64,000 nucleotides of DNA from Mobula hypostoma (lineage: Eukaryota): assembly GCF_963921235.1 (NCBI RefSeq), contig NC_086097.1, positions 77,440,001-77,504,000 on the forward strand, read 5' to 3'. The notes beneath the pieces were generated by a model. That model saw only the letters and a list, made by a program, of their open reading frames with translations, was not told the DNA's origin and did not search any database. The translations under genes were made by a program, and so were the position numbers. How positions within the stretch are numbered: the first letter of the stretch is position 1; each line of letters opens with the position of its first letter. This document shows positions 37,130-50,984 of the stretch, in pieces.

Positions 37130-37387
37130 CTAGGATCGAGACACGGAATAAAACTGGATCGAGACTGAGCACAGAACAAAACACTAGACGGTATCTCTGG
37201 CCGGCCTTACGATTGAACACTGAGGCTCCATTCAGGTGCTCTTTAAATACTCAATTCTTGGCGCCCAAAACCTGACTGCGAATTAGCAGGACGATCCTGA
37301 ATCTTTAAAGGGGCTGTGCCAGCTATCCGTCTTCTGGAGAGTCAGAGCGTGGAAACATCTAGGGCTCAGTGGAGTGCATGTTGTAAC
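37130..37387 (-). mobile_element. Possible LTR fragment
   Basis: Minus strand starts tgttaca, contains tatttaaa, CpG-rich relative to flanks; no second LTR found. Confidence 0.3.
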
Positions 37388-39911
37388 ACCTTTTGCTTTC
37401 ACTGTACTGTATAACATGGAATGTTCTCTGTGGATTGCCTCTGCTTCTGTTAACAGAATGAGTCAGATGACTACAGTATGTAGAGGTAGCCTCTGAAGTC
37501 AGGAAGAACATGGAACAGACCTGACAAGCCCGAATAGAGGCACTTGATAAGGGAATAAAACCAGAGGAGCCTCCTTCTGTGATATCTTTGTTAACAACTA
37601 TTCTGAGGCCAGGATAAGTATCAATGTGTGGCAGAGCAAGCTATGCCCATGGCCACAGTAGGCTCCCTCTTATTATCCAAGCACAAAATCATCTTAACCA
37701 GCTCTATAGTTTGCTGATTTTGTGGTGTATGGGATCTGACATTGTTGCAGACACTTAGTCTTGTGGAGCCAGCTGATAGTTTGTGCTCATCTGTCCCATC
37801 TCTTCTTGATTGATCCCTGGAGTTAAAGTTCTGCCTAATGTTCAGAAAGTAAATTTATATTTTTGCCTTCCAGATATAAGTAGATGATTCTCTTCACTGG
37901 TTCTTAAGAAGCATTTTTGTTTTCATTAAATGTCAACACATTTTCTCTGCATCTCTGCCCACACAACAAGGAAAATTTAAATGCAACATTTACCACTATA
38001 TTCGCATAATCAGGTAGAATAACACAAAATCCCTGAGTATCATTCCATCAAAATAACACCACTCGAAATTTCCTGACTAAAGCAAGGACATTTTTAGCAA
38101 AATTCTCAGGGAAAGTTAATCCCAATGAGAATTTCAGTTATTTCAACTCTAGCTGTCATGATGCCAATTTGTTTTCCTTATCAAATCCAGTTTAGAAAAA
38201 GAAATCTACTGAATTCAAGGTACAGGTCTCATAACAACCGGTCAGCTGCATGAGTAGATTTCCCTTTTATTTCCACACATGAGTCACTTGCCGTTTTTGT
38301 AATTCATTCTCTGAGATTTATGTATTCAAGCATGACCACGCTGCAAGATGCTCATCACATAGACCATTTGATCAGCAAATAGTCTTCACCCATTATGCTG
38401 TAAAAAAACTAGTAAATGATGAACAGATAAATAATTAAATCACTGACTTTCAAAATGCTGATACAAACAATTCTGTGTTTGAAGTGAAATGTTGTTTATT
38501 TAGTCACAGTTAAATAGGGATTCTGTTTAATTTTTTTAAACTTTTAAATGATAAATTTGCCAACTAGCCATGTATAAATGATCATATCCAACCAAACCCA
38601 ACCATAGGTGACTTGAAATAATTCTTAGTTTGTTGTCTTTAGGTGGAATAAATATACATGATGACAAATGCTGGATGTGGAAGAAGAATACTTTAACAGA
38701 AGTGGAAGTATGTAGGTGACCTGTATAATGAAGTTAGACCTTAGAAAACAAGCAAGTCATTTATCAAATATGTTTATTTTTGGCAGAAACCTTGTGTGAA
38801 TAATCCTCGGGGGACTTGGACCGGCATAATACAAAAAGCTACCATATTGCAAGAATTCCACAGGGCATCAAAGGTTCCATAACCACACCAAACGCTTCGA
38901 GGGCATGCCAGAAATGAAAAGAGAATATAATAAATAGCAGCTCAGATCAAACAAAAAAGGCCACAAAGAGCATACACAGGATTGAGAAATATTTCCACTT
39001 AACTGCCAAAGGAGACAAGAAATTAGATTGTTTAGATTGCATAAATGCATCTGAAGTGGGTGTACATCTGTGGGACAAAATGTGGTGAGTACCATATTGG
39101 TGTAGTTTGTCAGCCATATGTAATGTCTCAGTAAGAATGCAGTACTCAATGTTCTAGCCAGTCCTCTCCTGAAGGACAAGTTAGACATACAGGAGGTGAG
39201 AGGTCCTGCAAAAAACATCCAGGGTAGACTCTGCAGTCCTATTGACATTAAGACACTAACTGATATTACCACTCTGAATTCTCAAGCCTTTAGAGAAGGC
39301 CCCTAATTTACAGTCTAAAACCAAAACCCCTCTACCCAGCAAAATATTGTGATAAACAGAAAGCTAACAAATTTCATGGCACATGCCAGTGATAAAAAAC
39401 CTGATTCTGATTCTGGGTATCAACTTTACGGTTAAAAATTCTTGGATTTCTAAAGCACCTTTAAAAGGATAGAGATAATTTTCAGGTTGTTTTCAGAAAC
39501 ATTATCAGACAGATTAGATAGAGAACCACATAATATTATATTAGCCCAAGCTATCCAAACCTTGGTCAGAGGCCGTCACTTAGGGGGAACACAAAGGATG
39601 AGAGAGAGGTTTGAGGCTTAGAGTTTTGATGAAAGGTATAGCAGTACAGTGAGCTTCATCTGTCAAAGGCCAGTGTCCAAATGGCAGCTCTTGAGGAACT
39701 AAACTTATCCTGAGTGATGAAGGAATGTCAGAGAAAACAGAAACTTTCTATTAACCCTTTTGGATATCATAATATTCTCGGCTCTTTTCTGCAATTTCTG
39801 CCTTTCCATTTCTGGAACATCCAAAATATTTTTTGCTTCATTATTTTAATCACTGAACAATGATTCTAATTTTCATTTGAAAGATTAATTTCTTCTGACA
39901 TATTCCACTGT

Positions 39912-40180
39912 ATGAGGTGGGGTAATGAAGAGAAAAAGAGAGGAAGATGGGGAGAGGGAGGAGAGAGGGGGAGATGGGGCAGGGGGAAAGAGAGAGAGAA
40001 GGAGAGGGGAAAGAAAGAGGGAATAGAGTGGCGTAAGGGAGGGGAAGAGAGAGGAAGAGTGGAGAAGAAAGGGGAAATAGGGGTGAAGATAGTAGGGAGA
40101 AGTGAAAAGTGGGAGAAAGTGGGGAAAGAGGAAGAGAGAAGGGGAGGGAAGGAGGGAGAGCAGGAGAAAGGGTGAGAGGA
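39912..40180 (+). repeat. GA-rich polypurine low-complexity tract
   Basis: ~270 bp composed almost entirely of G and A. Confidence 0.95.
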
Positions 40181-40814
40181 ACTCTGGCCTTTGAGTGTCA
40201 GTTGTCAGTACATGAAATTGTCACTCTTCCAGGCATTTAGTGATAGGGAGTATTGGAATATGGAAATGACGAAAGGCTGCGAATGGAGTGGTTGTATTCA
40301 TCAGAGTGAGCATTTGGGCAGCCCTTTCTTTCTGATTCGTGCAGCTATGAACCCTACTTTTAATAACCCTTATAAGTACCTGAGACTGCAAGAAAGTGCA
40401 CTGAGTTGTGGATTCAACTCAGCACATTACAGAAATCAGTCTTTCTTCTGCAGACTCTACCTACACTTCTTGCCGATTCATTAATGCAGAAAACCAAATG
40501 TAAGACCCCACCCACCCTAGACATTTTGTTTTTCCTTCCCCTTCCCCACAACCAGACAGGAGACACAAAACCCTGAAATCATGATAGCAATTTACCTCAG
40601 CATGGCCTTGCACATTTTTGTCTGTCTGAAATGCACTTTCTCTATAACTGTAACATTTTATTCTTCACTCTGTTATTGCTTTTCCATTGTTCTACCTCAA
40701 TGCACTGATGTAATGAAATGGTTTGCAGAACACTGTACCTCAGTACATGTGCCAGTAATAAACCACTTTACCAGTTTCGCCCATAATTACCTATGCAACA
40801 GACTGAAGAACCTA

Positions 40815-41125
40815 CTGCATCACTTTGAGGAACAGATTATAGGTCATTCAACACACAATGTTATACAAACCTACCTCATGATCAATCTAACCTCCTGTAC
40901 AGCCCACTACCCTACATTCATGTGCCAATCTAAGAGGGTCTGAAATGCCCCTTTTCTATCAGCCTCTACCACCACCCTTGGCACTACATTCCAGGAACCC
41001 ATTACTCTCTTTCTACAAAAATCTACCTCTGTCATCTCCCCTAAACTTTCCTCCACTCACCTTAAATAGATGTCCTCTGGTATTGGCTATTGACTTCCTG
41101 GGGGGGAGGGGGAGTGTTGGGTAGC
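40815..41125 (-). mobile_element. CR1 3' end
   Basis: ANTRGHLFKVSGGKFRGD...RFL on the minus strand. Confidence 0.8.
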
Positions 41126-42035
41126 TTTTATTTTTATAAGTAAAACATTTATTTTGCTCTTTATTCCATCTTGTGCAATATTGAATATTTCTGTTATTTT
41201 CCACAACAGATAATATGGTATAGAAGATGGAAGAGGGAGGGAAAATAAAAAGATCAAACTTGCTATGATGTTAATGCCTGGACTGTGTTCATTCGGTCAA
41301 CTCAATTGCTGAATTACAGTTTTCTTATGGAAATAGCATGTAATTATCTGCAATTTACTTTAATTGTATTTCAATTTTCAGAGTTTCACACTTCCTGTGC
41401 ACCCTTGAATGCCACCATGTTCCAACTAAATAACCGTTTGATGCTTATTTGAATTAATTAACTGTACAATGCACAACTAAGAATTGTGGAATTCTGCAAG
41501 AAGTTATGATAAACTACTCCTCCTTTAACGATTATGTGGAATCACGGTTATTTTTCTGTGATGGTTAGGGCTGGTTAGGTGAGTCACCAAATGGGAAAAC
41601 AGTTATGTATTGTGGAAAAGATAATAAATCTCGTTCTGGCTCCACTCCTTAGTTTAATTTATCCATGGTCTTGTCAAAGTAATTATATCAGAAAATGTAT
41701 TAATAATTCTATAATAAAAACAAAGAAGTTATTATCCTTATGATTAAACACCATTTCATTTCAAAGAATAGTATTGACTTTAACTCCAGCTAATGACCTG
41801 GTTGTGAGGAACATAGCCTAGAAAAAGCCTATTGAAATCAATCTTGGACAATCTAAGTATTGTTTGCCATGCAGGTTGTAATTTAATATCCATCTCCCAT
41901 GCTGCAATTCTAAGAATTAGTTTTCCGTCATCCATGAAGCCTCTTTGCAAGTCAGGAATAAATGTAATGCCCTCTGAATGACATAGAATGGGGTCACCCT
42001 TTAAAGCTTGTAAACCTAGAAAATTGCAGGTTGTA

Positions 42036-42180
42036 AACATCAGGAATTCTGCAGATGCTGGAAATTCAAGCAACACACATCAAAGTTGGTGGTGAACGCA
42101 GCAGGCCAGGCAGCATATCTAGGAAGAGGTACAGTCGACGTTTCAGGCCGAGACCCTTCGTCAGGACTAACTGAAGGAAG
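42036..42180 (-). mobile_element. 145-bp Penelope-derived insertion
   Basis: 15-bp TSD aaattgcaggttgta/aaattgtaggttgta (42021-35, 42181-95). Confidence 0.9.
42133..42168 (-). ncRNA. Minimal type I hammerhead ribozyme, intact core
   Basis: AGUC-CUGACGA-AGG gucucgg CCU-GAAA-CG-UC-GACU; all core nucleotides, stem I and stem II pair. Confidence 0.85.
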
Positions 42181-44651
42181 AAATTGTAGGTTGTATCAGT
42201 ACAATCTAAATAACAATCTTCCTTTGGAATGGAATATGACTTTTGCTTCTGGTGTGCATAGGATAACACCAGTTAAGGTATTATGTCTCTTTTGGAGAAT
42301 TGTAGGCCTAAAGCAGAATTATCATTGTTCAATCCAGGGTTAACCAGGTCTTCCCAGTGTAATGTTGGAGAGGAGATCTATGTTTGTCTTCCATTCCTTG
42401 TCTCCCTACCTCACATGACACTCCCCCTCCACCCTATGATTGGCCAAAACTTCCAGGCCCTGAGTTCCAGGTGAGCAGCTGCATTTGCCACTTCCTCCCC
42501 CCCCAGCCTACTCACCTACCTGCTAACTAACTCCCATCTCCTGTGAGCCTGACACTGCTCACAAGCACCACAACTCTCAGCCACATACCTGATCACCAAG
42601 TTGACCTCTGGCACTGGTTAAATTGGTGGCTGCCAACCTTCTCTCCAAAGACACCTTGGACTTGGGAAGCATAGGCTTATTCATGAAATTCCCAGCACCC
42701 ATCTAGCAGTACCCCGGGCTTAGATCTGAAACACTTATGTAATAATTGTGGGCCTGAAAGAAACAGTGCTGTCCCACCACTGCTGTGACCATCTTAGTCA
42801 TGAATTCCTAGGCCATTATGTTTGTGAATGTGAGTAGGATCAGCTTATTAATTATTAACAAATTATTGTTCACCAACCCATGAACTTGTGGTGATCGAAT
42901 GCAATGACTACAATGGTCTCAAACCAGGAAGCGTCCCATGATAACTACCCAACACATCATGAGTGTACATATTGGACACTCTTGACTCTGAATGAGTTGA
43001 ACACAAGAACCTCAGGTGCTGAACTGTCACAGATTTGTTCCTGATCTAAGGCACTGTGCTCTCAAGCTATAGAACTAATTCCATAAAATACTTCTAAACT
43101 TGGCTTAGCCAACATCGCCAAAGCAGTTTGTCTGGCCACAATTCCTTACATCAGCCATTACAGTCTGGTTTGGTATAACGTCCTTTCACAATATACTAAA
43201 ACTACGGCAAACTTTCAGTTCAGCAGAAAAGGGTCATTAGCTGCCATCTGCTATCGTTGCAGGACGTGTAAGTGTCTAAGACAAAGAAGCAGGCAGGAAA
43301 AATCATTGTGGGTACTACCTAATCCGTAAAGTGCCTTTTCCAAAACCTCATTTCTGGAAAGCGCTATAGAGCTATTAAAACAAAATCTTCACATCTTCTT
43401 AAAAGGTTCTTCCCCATGGTAGTTAATCTGATCAACCATCCAAGTTAGCCCTCCCTGCCTTCTGTCACTGCAGTGCATGTATACACTTAAAACACTTTTC
43501 ATAATGCAGTTTACATTGTAATTCCATGTATGCAGGCATTTATGCATTCATGCACATTTTATTCCATATCTGTCCTTTAAGTTCTAACTTTGTTTTCATA
43601 TAATTCTTTATTCTTTATAATTGTTGAATATTGTTGCTTTTTGTACATGTCAAGCCCTGATCAACATACCACAACAAATTCTTAAAAAATGTATATGTAC
43701 TGTATATGACAAATAAAATTGATCCTCCTTGATTACACTGCTGGCCTTGAAAGCTACTGCTTTCACATATTGTGCCTTAAGCTAGCTGCCTCATTCGCTT
43801 GAGATGTTCTGACAGTGGAATAGAAGGTTCCATGCGGTGACACATCTCTCTTTAACATCAATCATTTCTACACCCTTCACCTGCAAATCTGATGCCAAAA
43901 ACCCACAGTTTCTCCTTCCACAGCCATCTTTCAACTTTACTACCATTTCTTTCCTTTCCAACCATTGTGAAAGAGAAAGACAACAAGCTCACAAATGAAG
44001 TATAGTTTTCCATATTTGTCCATAAGCTGGGAGTAGAGGATTTAAATGAAGGCAAGAGGAAAGACAACAGCGAACGTTGATAAGTGCTTTGACATAAAGA
44101 TGAGCATTTAGATTAAAATCTTTAAATTATCCATTAAAACCCTTGATATCCTTTCCCACGAAATGCAGTTTTATAGCGTTGATACTGTTTCAAAGAGGGT
44201 GAGATTTTCTGATCAAGCTGCCTTCGACTGTTCCAGCTGTTACATTTAGAGCCTCGCTCATCCATGCCAGTGTTGTTCTCTTCAGAAATTGAATGAGATG
44301 GACTGGTTTCTCATTCAGCACCACAATGTGCAGATTATCTGTCAGAACTGCGGCTGGTAGTTAGCCTGTTCCAGGCCTTCTGGATTTTTGTTTATTTTTG
44401 CTCATTTGGCCGAGTTTCACTATTGCCATTTTATCTGAAAGCTCTTGCTCTGCTTGAAAACATTTTGCGAAGATGTCACTGATGTAAATCTATGAGTGAC
44501 ACTGGTGTATCCCATTGAAATACTGAGAGCTCCCCTAAAACTGAGAAACTGAGGGTGGATTTAGACTGACACCAAAGCAAGCTACACTGATGCCAATGAA
44601 TAGTAAGTACTCCACAAACACAATGAATAACTTCACCCCGGCTGCTGGCAA

Positions 44652-46330
44652 ATGCACATCTCTGAGGATCTAACTTGGTCCCAACATACTGATCCAGTTA
44701 TAAAGAAGGAAAGACAGCGGCCAAACTCCATCAGGAGTGTGAGGAGACTTGGTATGTCAACAAAAACACTGAAACAAATACGCTTGAGTGCTTGGTGCTG
44801 GTGCTTGTTTTTTTTGCCGATGGGGGAGTATTGTTGCTTGCTGCCGCTTATGCACAGGAAGGAGGGAAGCTGGGGGGACTTTGGGGTTCTTACCTTTATC
44901 TGTTGTTCATTCTTTGGGGAACTTCTCTGTTTTCATGGATGTTTGTGAAGAAAAAGTATTTCAGGATGTATATTGTATACATTTCTCTGACATTAAGTTG
45001 GACCTTTGAACCTTTGAACCTTTGAAAAACTTCTATAGTTGTAGCGTGGAGAGCATTCTGACAGGCTGTATCACCGTCTGGTATGGTGGGGCTACTGCAC
45101 AGGACCGAAAGAAGCTACAGAGGATTGTAAGTCTTGTCAGCTCCATCTTGGGTTCTAGTCTACAAAGTACCCAGGATATCTTCAAGGAGCAGTGTCTCAG
45201 AAAGGCAGTGTCCATTATTAAGGACCTCCAGCACCCAGGGCATGCCCTTTTCTCACTGATACCATCAGGTAGGAGATACAGAAGCCTGAAGGCACACACT
45301 CAGTGATTCAGGAACAGCTTCTTCCCCTCTGCCATCCGATTCCTAAATGGTCATTGAACCCTTGAACACTACCTCAGTACCACAGCACCTGGCCACGTGG
45401 TGTGCCGACAACAACCTAGCCCTTAACACCCAGAAGACCAAGGAGATCATTGTGGACTTCAGGCATGCTAGGAGCCACACTCACATCCCTATCTACATCA
45501 ACAGAGCTGTAGTGGAATGTCTATCAAGCTTCAAATTCCTTGGTGTCCTCATTTCCAAGGATCTCACCTGGTCCCTGAACTCCTCCATTCTGATCAAACA
45601 ACAGCACCTTTATTTTCTGCGGAGCACCAAGAAAACTCACCTCTGTCCAGGATACTGATGGACTTTTACCGCGGTACCATTGAGAGCATACTCACCAACT
45701 GCATCTCAGTGTGGTATGGTAATTGTCCCGTATCAGACCGCAAAGCACTCTGGTGAAAACTGCCCAGCGGATTATCCGCACCCAATTGCCCACCATTGAG
45801 AACATCTACTATAAACGCTGCCTGAGCAGGGTGAAAAGCATTATCAAGGATGCATCTCACCCTAACCATGGACTTTTTACTCTCTTCCCATCTGGTAGGT
45901 GCTACAGGAGCCTCCATTCCTGCACCAGCAGGCACAGGAAGAGCTTCTTCCCTGAGGCTGTGACCCTGCTGAACCTCGCATCACAGCGCTAAGCAGTATT
46001 GCATCCATATTGTACTGTCTCAGTACTTTTACATTTGTGTGCTGTAGCTCTTACTTTTTATTCACAGTTATTTTGTAAATAACACTATTCTTTGCATTTC
46101 TGGTTAGATGCTAACTGCATTTCATTGGCTTTGTATCTGTACTCGGCACAATGACAATAAAGTTGAATCTAATCTAATCTAATCTTTTTAATATACAGTA
46201 TTTCTGTTTTTTGCATGATTTTTAAAATCTATTCAATATACGTATTCTGTAATTGATTGATTTATCATTATTATTTTCTTCTAGATTATGTATTGCATTG
46301 AACTGCTGCTGCTGAGTTAACAAATTTCAC
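44652..46330 (+). mobile_element. Rex1/Babar 3' end with two nested insertions (44775-45026 non-autonomous 3' end; ~45378-46185 second Rex1 3' end)
   Basis: HISEDLTWS, FYSCSVESILTGCITVWYG, SIIKDLQHPGH; nested copy WCADNNLALNTQKTKEIIVDFR with (aatct)n tail; (cctttgaa)n tail at ~45002-45026. Confidence 0.9.
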
Positions 46331-47659
46331 ATCACATGCTGTTGATTCTGAAATGAACACCCTCATGAGCATGAAGGGCGCTACAATATTCATCACATTT
46401 GGAGCAGTTTGGATGATATTGTAGTTTCAATAATGTGTGATCTATAACTCCTGCTGAAGAGCACAGCTTCTAGAGATTTGTAGCTGACAGGTGCCTGCAA
46501 GCCCAGGGATGCAGAAAAATCCTTCCTTCCCCAGCTCTCCTCTCCAGTTTCATTTGGCTTCTTCAGTCTCACAATAAGTATTCTTCAACACATGGAAGAT
46601 TTATAAAGGGTCTTTAAGGACAGACATTGCCTCAGCCTAATTTCCTCTGGAGAAAGATTTAATACCTTAAATCTCTTGTCACGTTGTGATTTGTGACAGA
46701 GCTGAGGTAGATTGGGTGCATGTACAGAAGTGAACTTGACCCGGAAGTAGTTATTGAATTTCAGACAATTGTCCATGATACCTTTCTTAACTGCAAAATT
46801 AAGTAGCCATTGAAACAGATTTTTTAAAATTTAAGTTGCAACAATAGAACCTAACATTTTTGTATTACACTTTCCTTTGGCACGATTTAACTGAGTAGCC
46901 AAACTATTGCAAAGGGTAAAAAAAAATGAGTCAGAGTGAATATTATTTTGTCTTTAAATTTCAGAGATTATGCTGAATAGTTTCTAAAGAAGGTTATTAG
47001 TTGTAAAGGACCACAACAAGATTCCACTGTGCAATGGTGATTAATTAGTTCATGAGTGTGGCCAGTATCATGAGCATGGCTGGATTCCAGCAGTCTGTGG
47101 AAAAAGGAGCCACAATAAGTCTAATTTGTGCTTACAGTTTATTATTAAGGTATATTGAGCTGAGTTAGTAATCTCATTTGTTTTCTGAGCTCAAGCTGAA
47201 AAGGAGAACAATCTATAATAACATTTCATTCCTATGATCTGTCAAATGTTCAGAGAGGTGCTTGATGGTTTTCCTCCCATTTCTCTTCAGTGAATTCATT
47301 ATTCAAACACATCCATCTTTCCCTCTTTTCATTTTTCCATCCTATATGTGTTGACTTTAATTCACTCCCCATTCTTTTGAGGCTGTGCTGAGTCCCGTCA
47401 CTCAGAAAGATCTTGTTAGATCCGTTGTCCTTGCCCAACATTATCAGCTCATCATTCCCTCAAGTTTCAATGCACAACTTTTGATGAATGTTAGAAACTC
47501 CACCAAAATCTGGAATGTTAGATCTATTTTGTTTAGTTAGCTGGAATACTGGTTAAGCAATAACTATGTAACACAACAAATCCAGTCTCTGGAAATAGGG
47601 TCAAATAATATTCTGGGACAAGGTCTTTAGAACGTGGATGAAGCTGCTCTTAGTGCTAG

Positions 47660-50499
47660 TGGGAATACTGTTAGCGATGTTAGCCAGCAGCCTGAGGAAG
47701 GACCCTGTTGGCCAGCATTGAAAAAGTACCCTTCGCTGCTCGCAACAGTTTGGCAATCAGCAAAGGAGTTTTATTCGTGGCTGGTTTGACTGGCTGGAAT
47801 ATTCGATTACGAAAGATACTACGTTTTGCTTCGCATACAGGCATTTCCTGTGTGGAGGACATGGTTTCCATTCTGAGTCTACCTTCACTATCACCGGTTA
47901 CCGCAACTGGCGGAAAGCTACAACGGCTTTCAAAACCCACCGTGTAAGTGCAGCTCAGAAGTTTGCTATGGAGGCACGGGCTGAATTCAGATTGAGAAAA
48001 CAAGACGGTTCAAGATTGGGAAATATGCCTGACAAAGGACATGCAAAGATTGTCCAAGAAAATCATGAGTTTATGAGAGCGGTGGTTGACTCTCTACACT
48101 ATACTGCGTGCCAAGGCATTGCCCAGCGAGGACACCGGGAGGATGATGGATCTGGCAATAGGGGAAACTTTGTTGAGTTGCTCAGTGTAATTGGACAGTT
48201 TGATAAGACTGTAGCTAAAAAAATAGACGACAATCCTGGAAATGCAAAAAACACCCATCACGATATCCAGAATGAAATTGTGGGTATTATGGCAGATATG
48301 GTCAGACGTGAAATAAGTGCAGAAATCAAGGAGGCTGGGCATTTTGCCATCATGGTGGATGAAAGTGAAGACTCGAGTAAAAAGGAGCAAATATCAGTGG
48401 TGGTGCGGAATTTGAATAACGAAACAGTGCTTGAAGAATTCTTGCACTTTACTCCAGCAGAAGGGTTGGATGCAGAGTCGCTTCTTAAAAGCATTGAACA
48501 GCCATTCGCCCAGTATGTTATTGATAAGAATGCGTGTATAGGTCAGTGTTATGACGGGGTGGCAGTGATGTCCCGGTGCAATAATGGGGTACAAGAGAGG
48601 TTCAGGAAAGAGGTCCCGCAGGCATTATATATACACTGCCATGCTCACAGACTTAACCTTGTTTTAGTGGATGTTGTGAGCAATGTACAACAAGCAGGCA
48701 GGTGAGTTTTTTGAAACTGTGCAGCTGCCTTACAACAACTTTTCAAACTCTGTTGACCATGATCTTTTCATGAAGAAACTGAGAGAACTGGAATCAACTG
48801 CACAGCCTGTGGAGTTGAAGAAATTGTCAGATACACGCTGGGCATGGCTTTGTGGGCTATAAGGAAATCACTCCCTACCATTCTAGCTACACTACAGGAT
48901 ATTATGGGTCAACCAAATGCACAGAGGAAAACGGAGGCCAGAGCTGTAAATGGACTGATTGACGAGCAGTTTGCTTTACTTCTCACTCTGTTTGAGGATT
49001 TATTCCGAGTCACCAAGTTCATGTCAGACCAGCTACAATCTCCCAGTTTGGAGCTTTCATCCCCTGTGGACTTGGCTCAGTCTGTTATCGACGCACTCTC
49101 AGCAAAATGGGGAGAGGAATCATGGAGTGAAATTCAGGCAAGAGCTAGGGACCTGTGTGTCAAGGCCGGTATACAGAGCAGACCACATGAAAGGAGATAG
49201 GCCCAGCCACCCTGCTGCCTACATGATTTTGTTGTTGAGGCCCAAACTGAACACACCTGCGACATTCTCTGATGACCTTCGCAAGCACTGTTTCTATCCG
49301 GTTATAGACAGACTTCTGACTGAAATAAAAAGATGGTTCTCAATTGAGACTGAGGGTGTTCTGACTGGAGTCTCATTGAGTCCCAAACACAAGTTCTTCC
49401 TAGTCAAGAATTGTCTTTGGCCAATGGCCCAATACTATGGAGTGACTGAAGTGAACCTGACTGTAGGGCTATATCAGGTTCGGCATCTGCTGGAAACGAA
49501 ACAAAAGCAAGGGCAGACAGGGAATGACACAGTGGAATTTCTAGCTCTAATGAGACCCTACGCGATGCATTTATAAATTTATACAAACTAATCTGCATAT
49601 CACTGACTCTACCTGTGACATCTGCCTCAGGCAAACGGAGTTTCTCTTGCCTCCGACGCCTCAAAAACTACCTAAGGAATAGCAGCGGCGATGCTCAGAG
49701 CAGCAACTTGGCCCTGTTGGCCATAAACAGCCGGAGGACCAAAGCACTTGACATCCAGAAAATCAATGATGCTTTTGCCACCAATCACGACAACAGACGG
49801 ACTGTGCTTGTCTGAAAACATCAATGGTGAGTGCAGTTGATTTTTTAAAAATTTGGTCCAAGACTAATGCTGATTATTATTATTAATTTGTGGTGGATAC
49901 CCCATAGTCTTTAATGTTTCCTACAAATCTTAAAATATTATATTTACTGCTATTAAGCCTACTGGTTTTGCTTAGACTTCCAAGCAGTGATTCTATTGAT
50001 TTTCGTTTTAATTTCAGTAGCCGAATTAATTGAGGTATTGAATGGTCAGAATACGATTTGTCCAACTCCTGGTAAAACCCTGCATCTGTTGTTTGCCTTA
50101 TTTGACTTTAATAACGATGTATCTTTTGGCGTTGTCTGTCTATGTAATGTGAATAGCAGTGGACATTGTGGGTCAGTGTTGACGTTTGACGTTGTGTGCG
50201 ATTCACGTTGTGCGCTGTGGGTCAGATGCTCTGTTGGTTTGTTTGTTTGTGCTCTGTGTAGCCCGGGTTGTTTCCAGTGCTGTTGACACTGTCACAGTTC
50301 ACTTCTATATTATATCTATCAATTGCTGTTGCTTGTGAATCAACATTTATACTAGGCACAAATGCTTGAAACTGACTTTTGAACGCCAGGTGTCTGGCCT
50401 TGCGAATACATATTACCATACAGTACATCCCTCAGCTCCATCACTGAATAATTCAGCCCCACTGTAGCACCAGCAAGAAAAAATATGGCGCCGCCACTG
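47660..50499 (+). mobile_element. hAT (Tip100-like) DNA transposon, 5'-truncated
   Basis: Right terminus atggcgccgccactg ends at 50499; no matching left TIR nearby; transposase remnant. Confidence 0.85.
47670..49815 (+). pseudogene. hAT transposase (ZMYM1/DUF4371-like) pseudogene
   Basis: WLEYSITKDTTFCF (TTF-type finger region), QGIAQRGH, NRGNFVELL, FAIMVDESEDSSKKEQIS, GQCYDG, YIHCHAHRLNLVL, LSDTRW, LTLPVTSASGKRSFSCLRRLKNYLR; frameshifts. Confidence 0.93.
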
Positions 50500-50504
50500 A
50501 GTAA

Positions 50505-50980
50505 AAATCTTTATATTACATCTCCGTCTAAATGTGCAATGTGCAATCATAGTAATTTATAATAATTTATAATAAATAGAACAGTCAATGTAACATAGAA
50601 TATACGCACATCAGCGTGAGTTAATCAGTCTGATGGCCTAGTGGAAGAAACTATCCCGGCGCCTGTTGGTCCTGGCTTTTATGCTGCAGCACCATTTCCC
50701 GGATGGCAGCAGCTGGAGTAGTTCGTGGTTGGGATGACTTGGGTCCCCAGTGATCCTTCGAGCCCTTTTTGCACACCTGTCCTTGTAAATGTCCTGAATT
50801 ATGGTAAGTTCACAACTACAGATGCACTGGGCTGTCCGCACCACTCTCTGCAGAATCCTGCAGTTAGGGGAGGTACAGTTCCCATACCAGACAGTGATGC
50901 AGCCAGTCAGGATGCTCTCAATTGTACCCCTGTAGAAAGTTCTTTGGATTTGGGGGTCCGTACCAAACTTCCTCAACCAT
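50505..50980 (-). mobile_element. Rex1/Babar 3' end
   Basis: FYRGTIESILTGCITVWYGNC...DPSHPNH...LPSGK...DSFF. Confidence 0.9.
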
Positions 50981-50984
50981 CTGC

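Noticed and set aside
39912..40175. 87-aa G/E/R/K-rich ORF
   Set aside because: Artefact of the polypurine tract, which has almost no T to make stop codons
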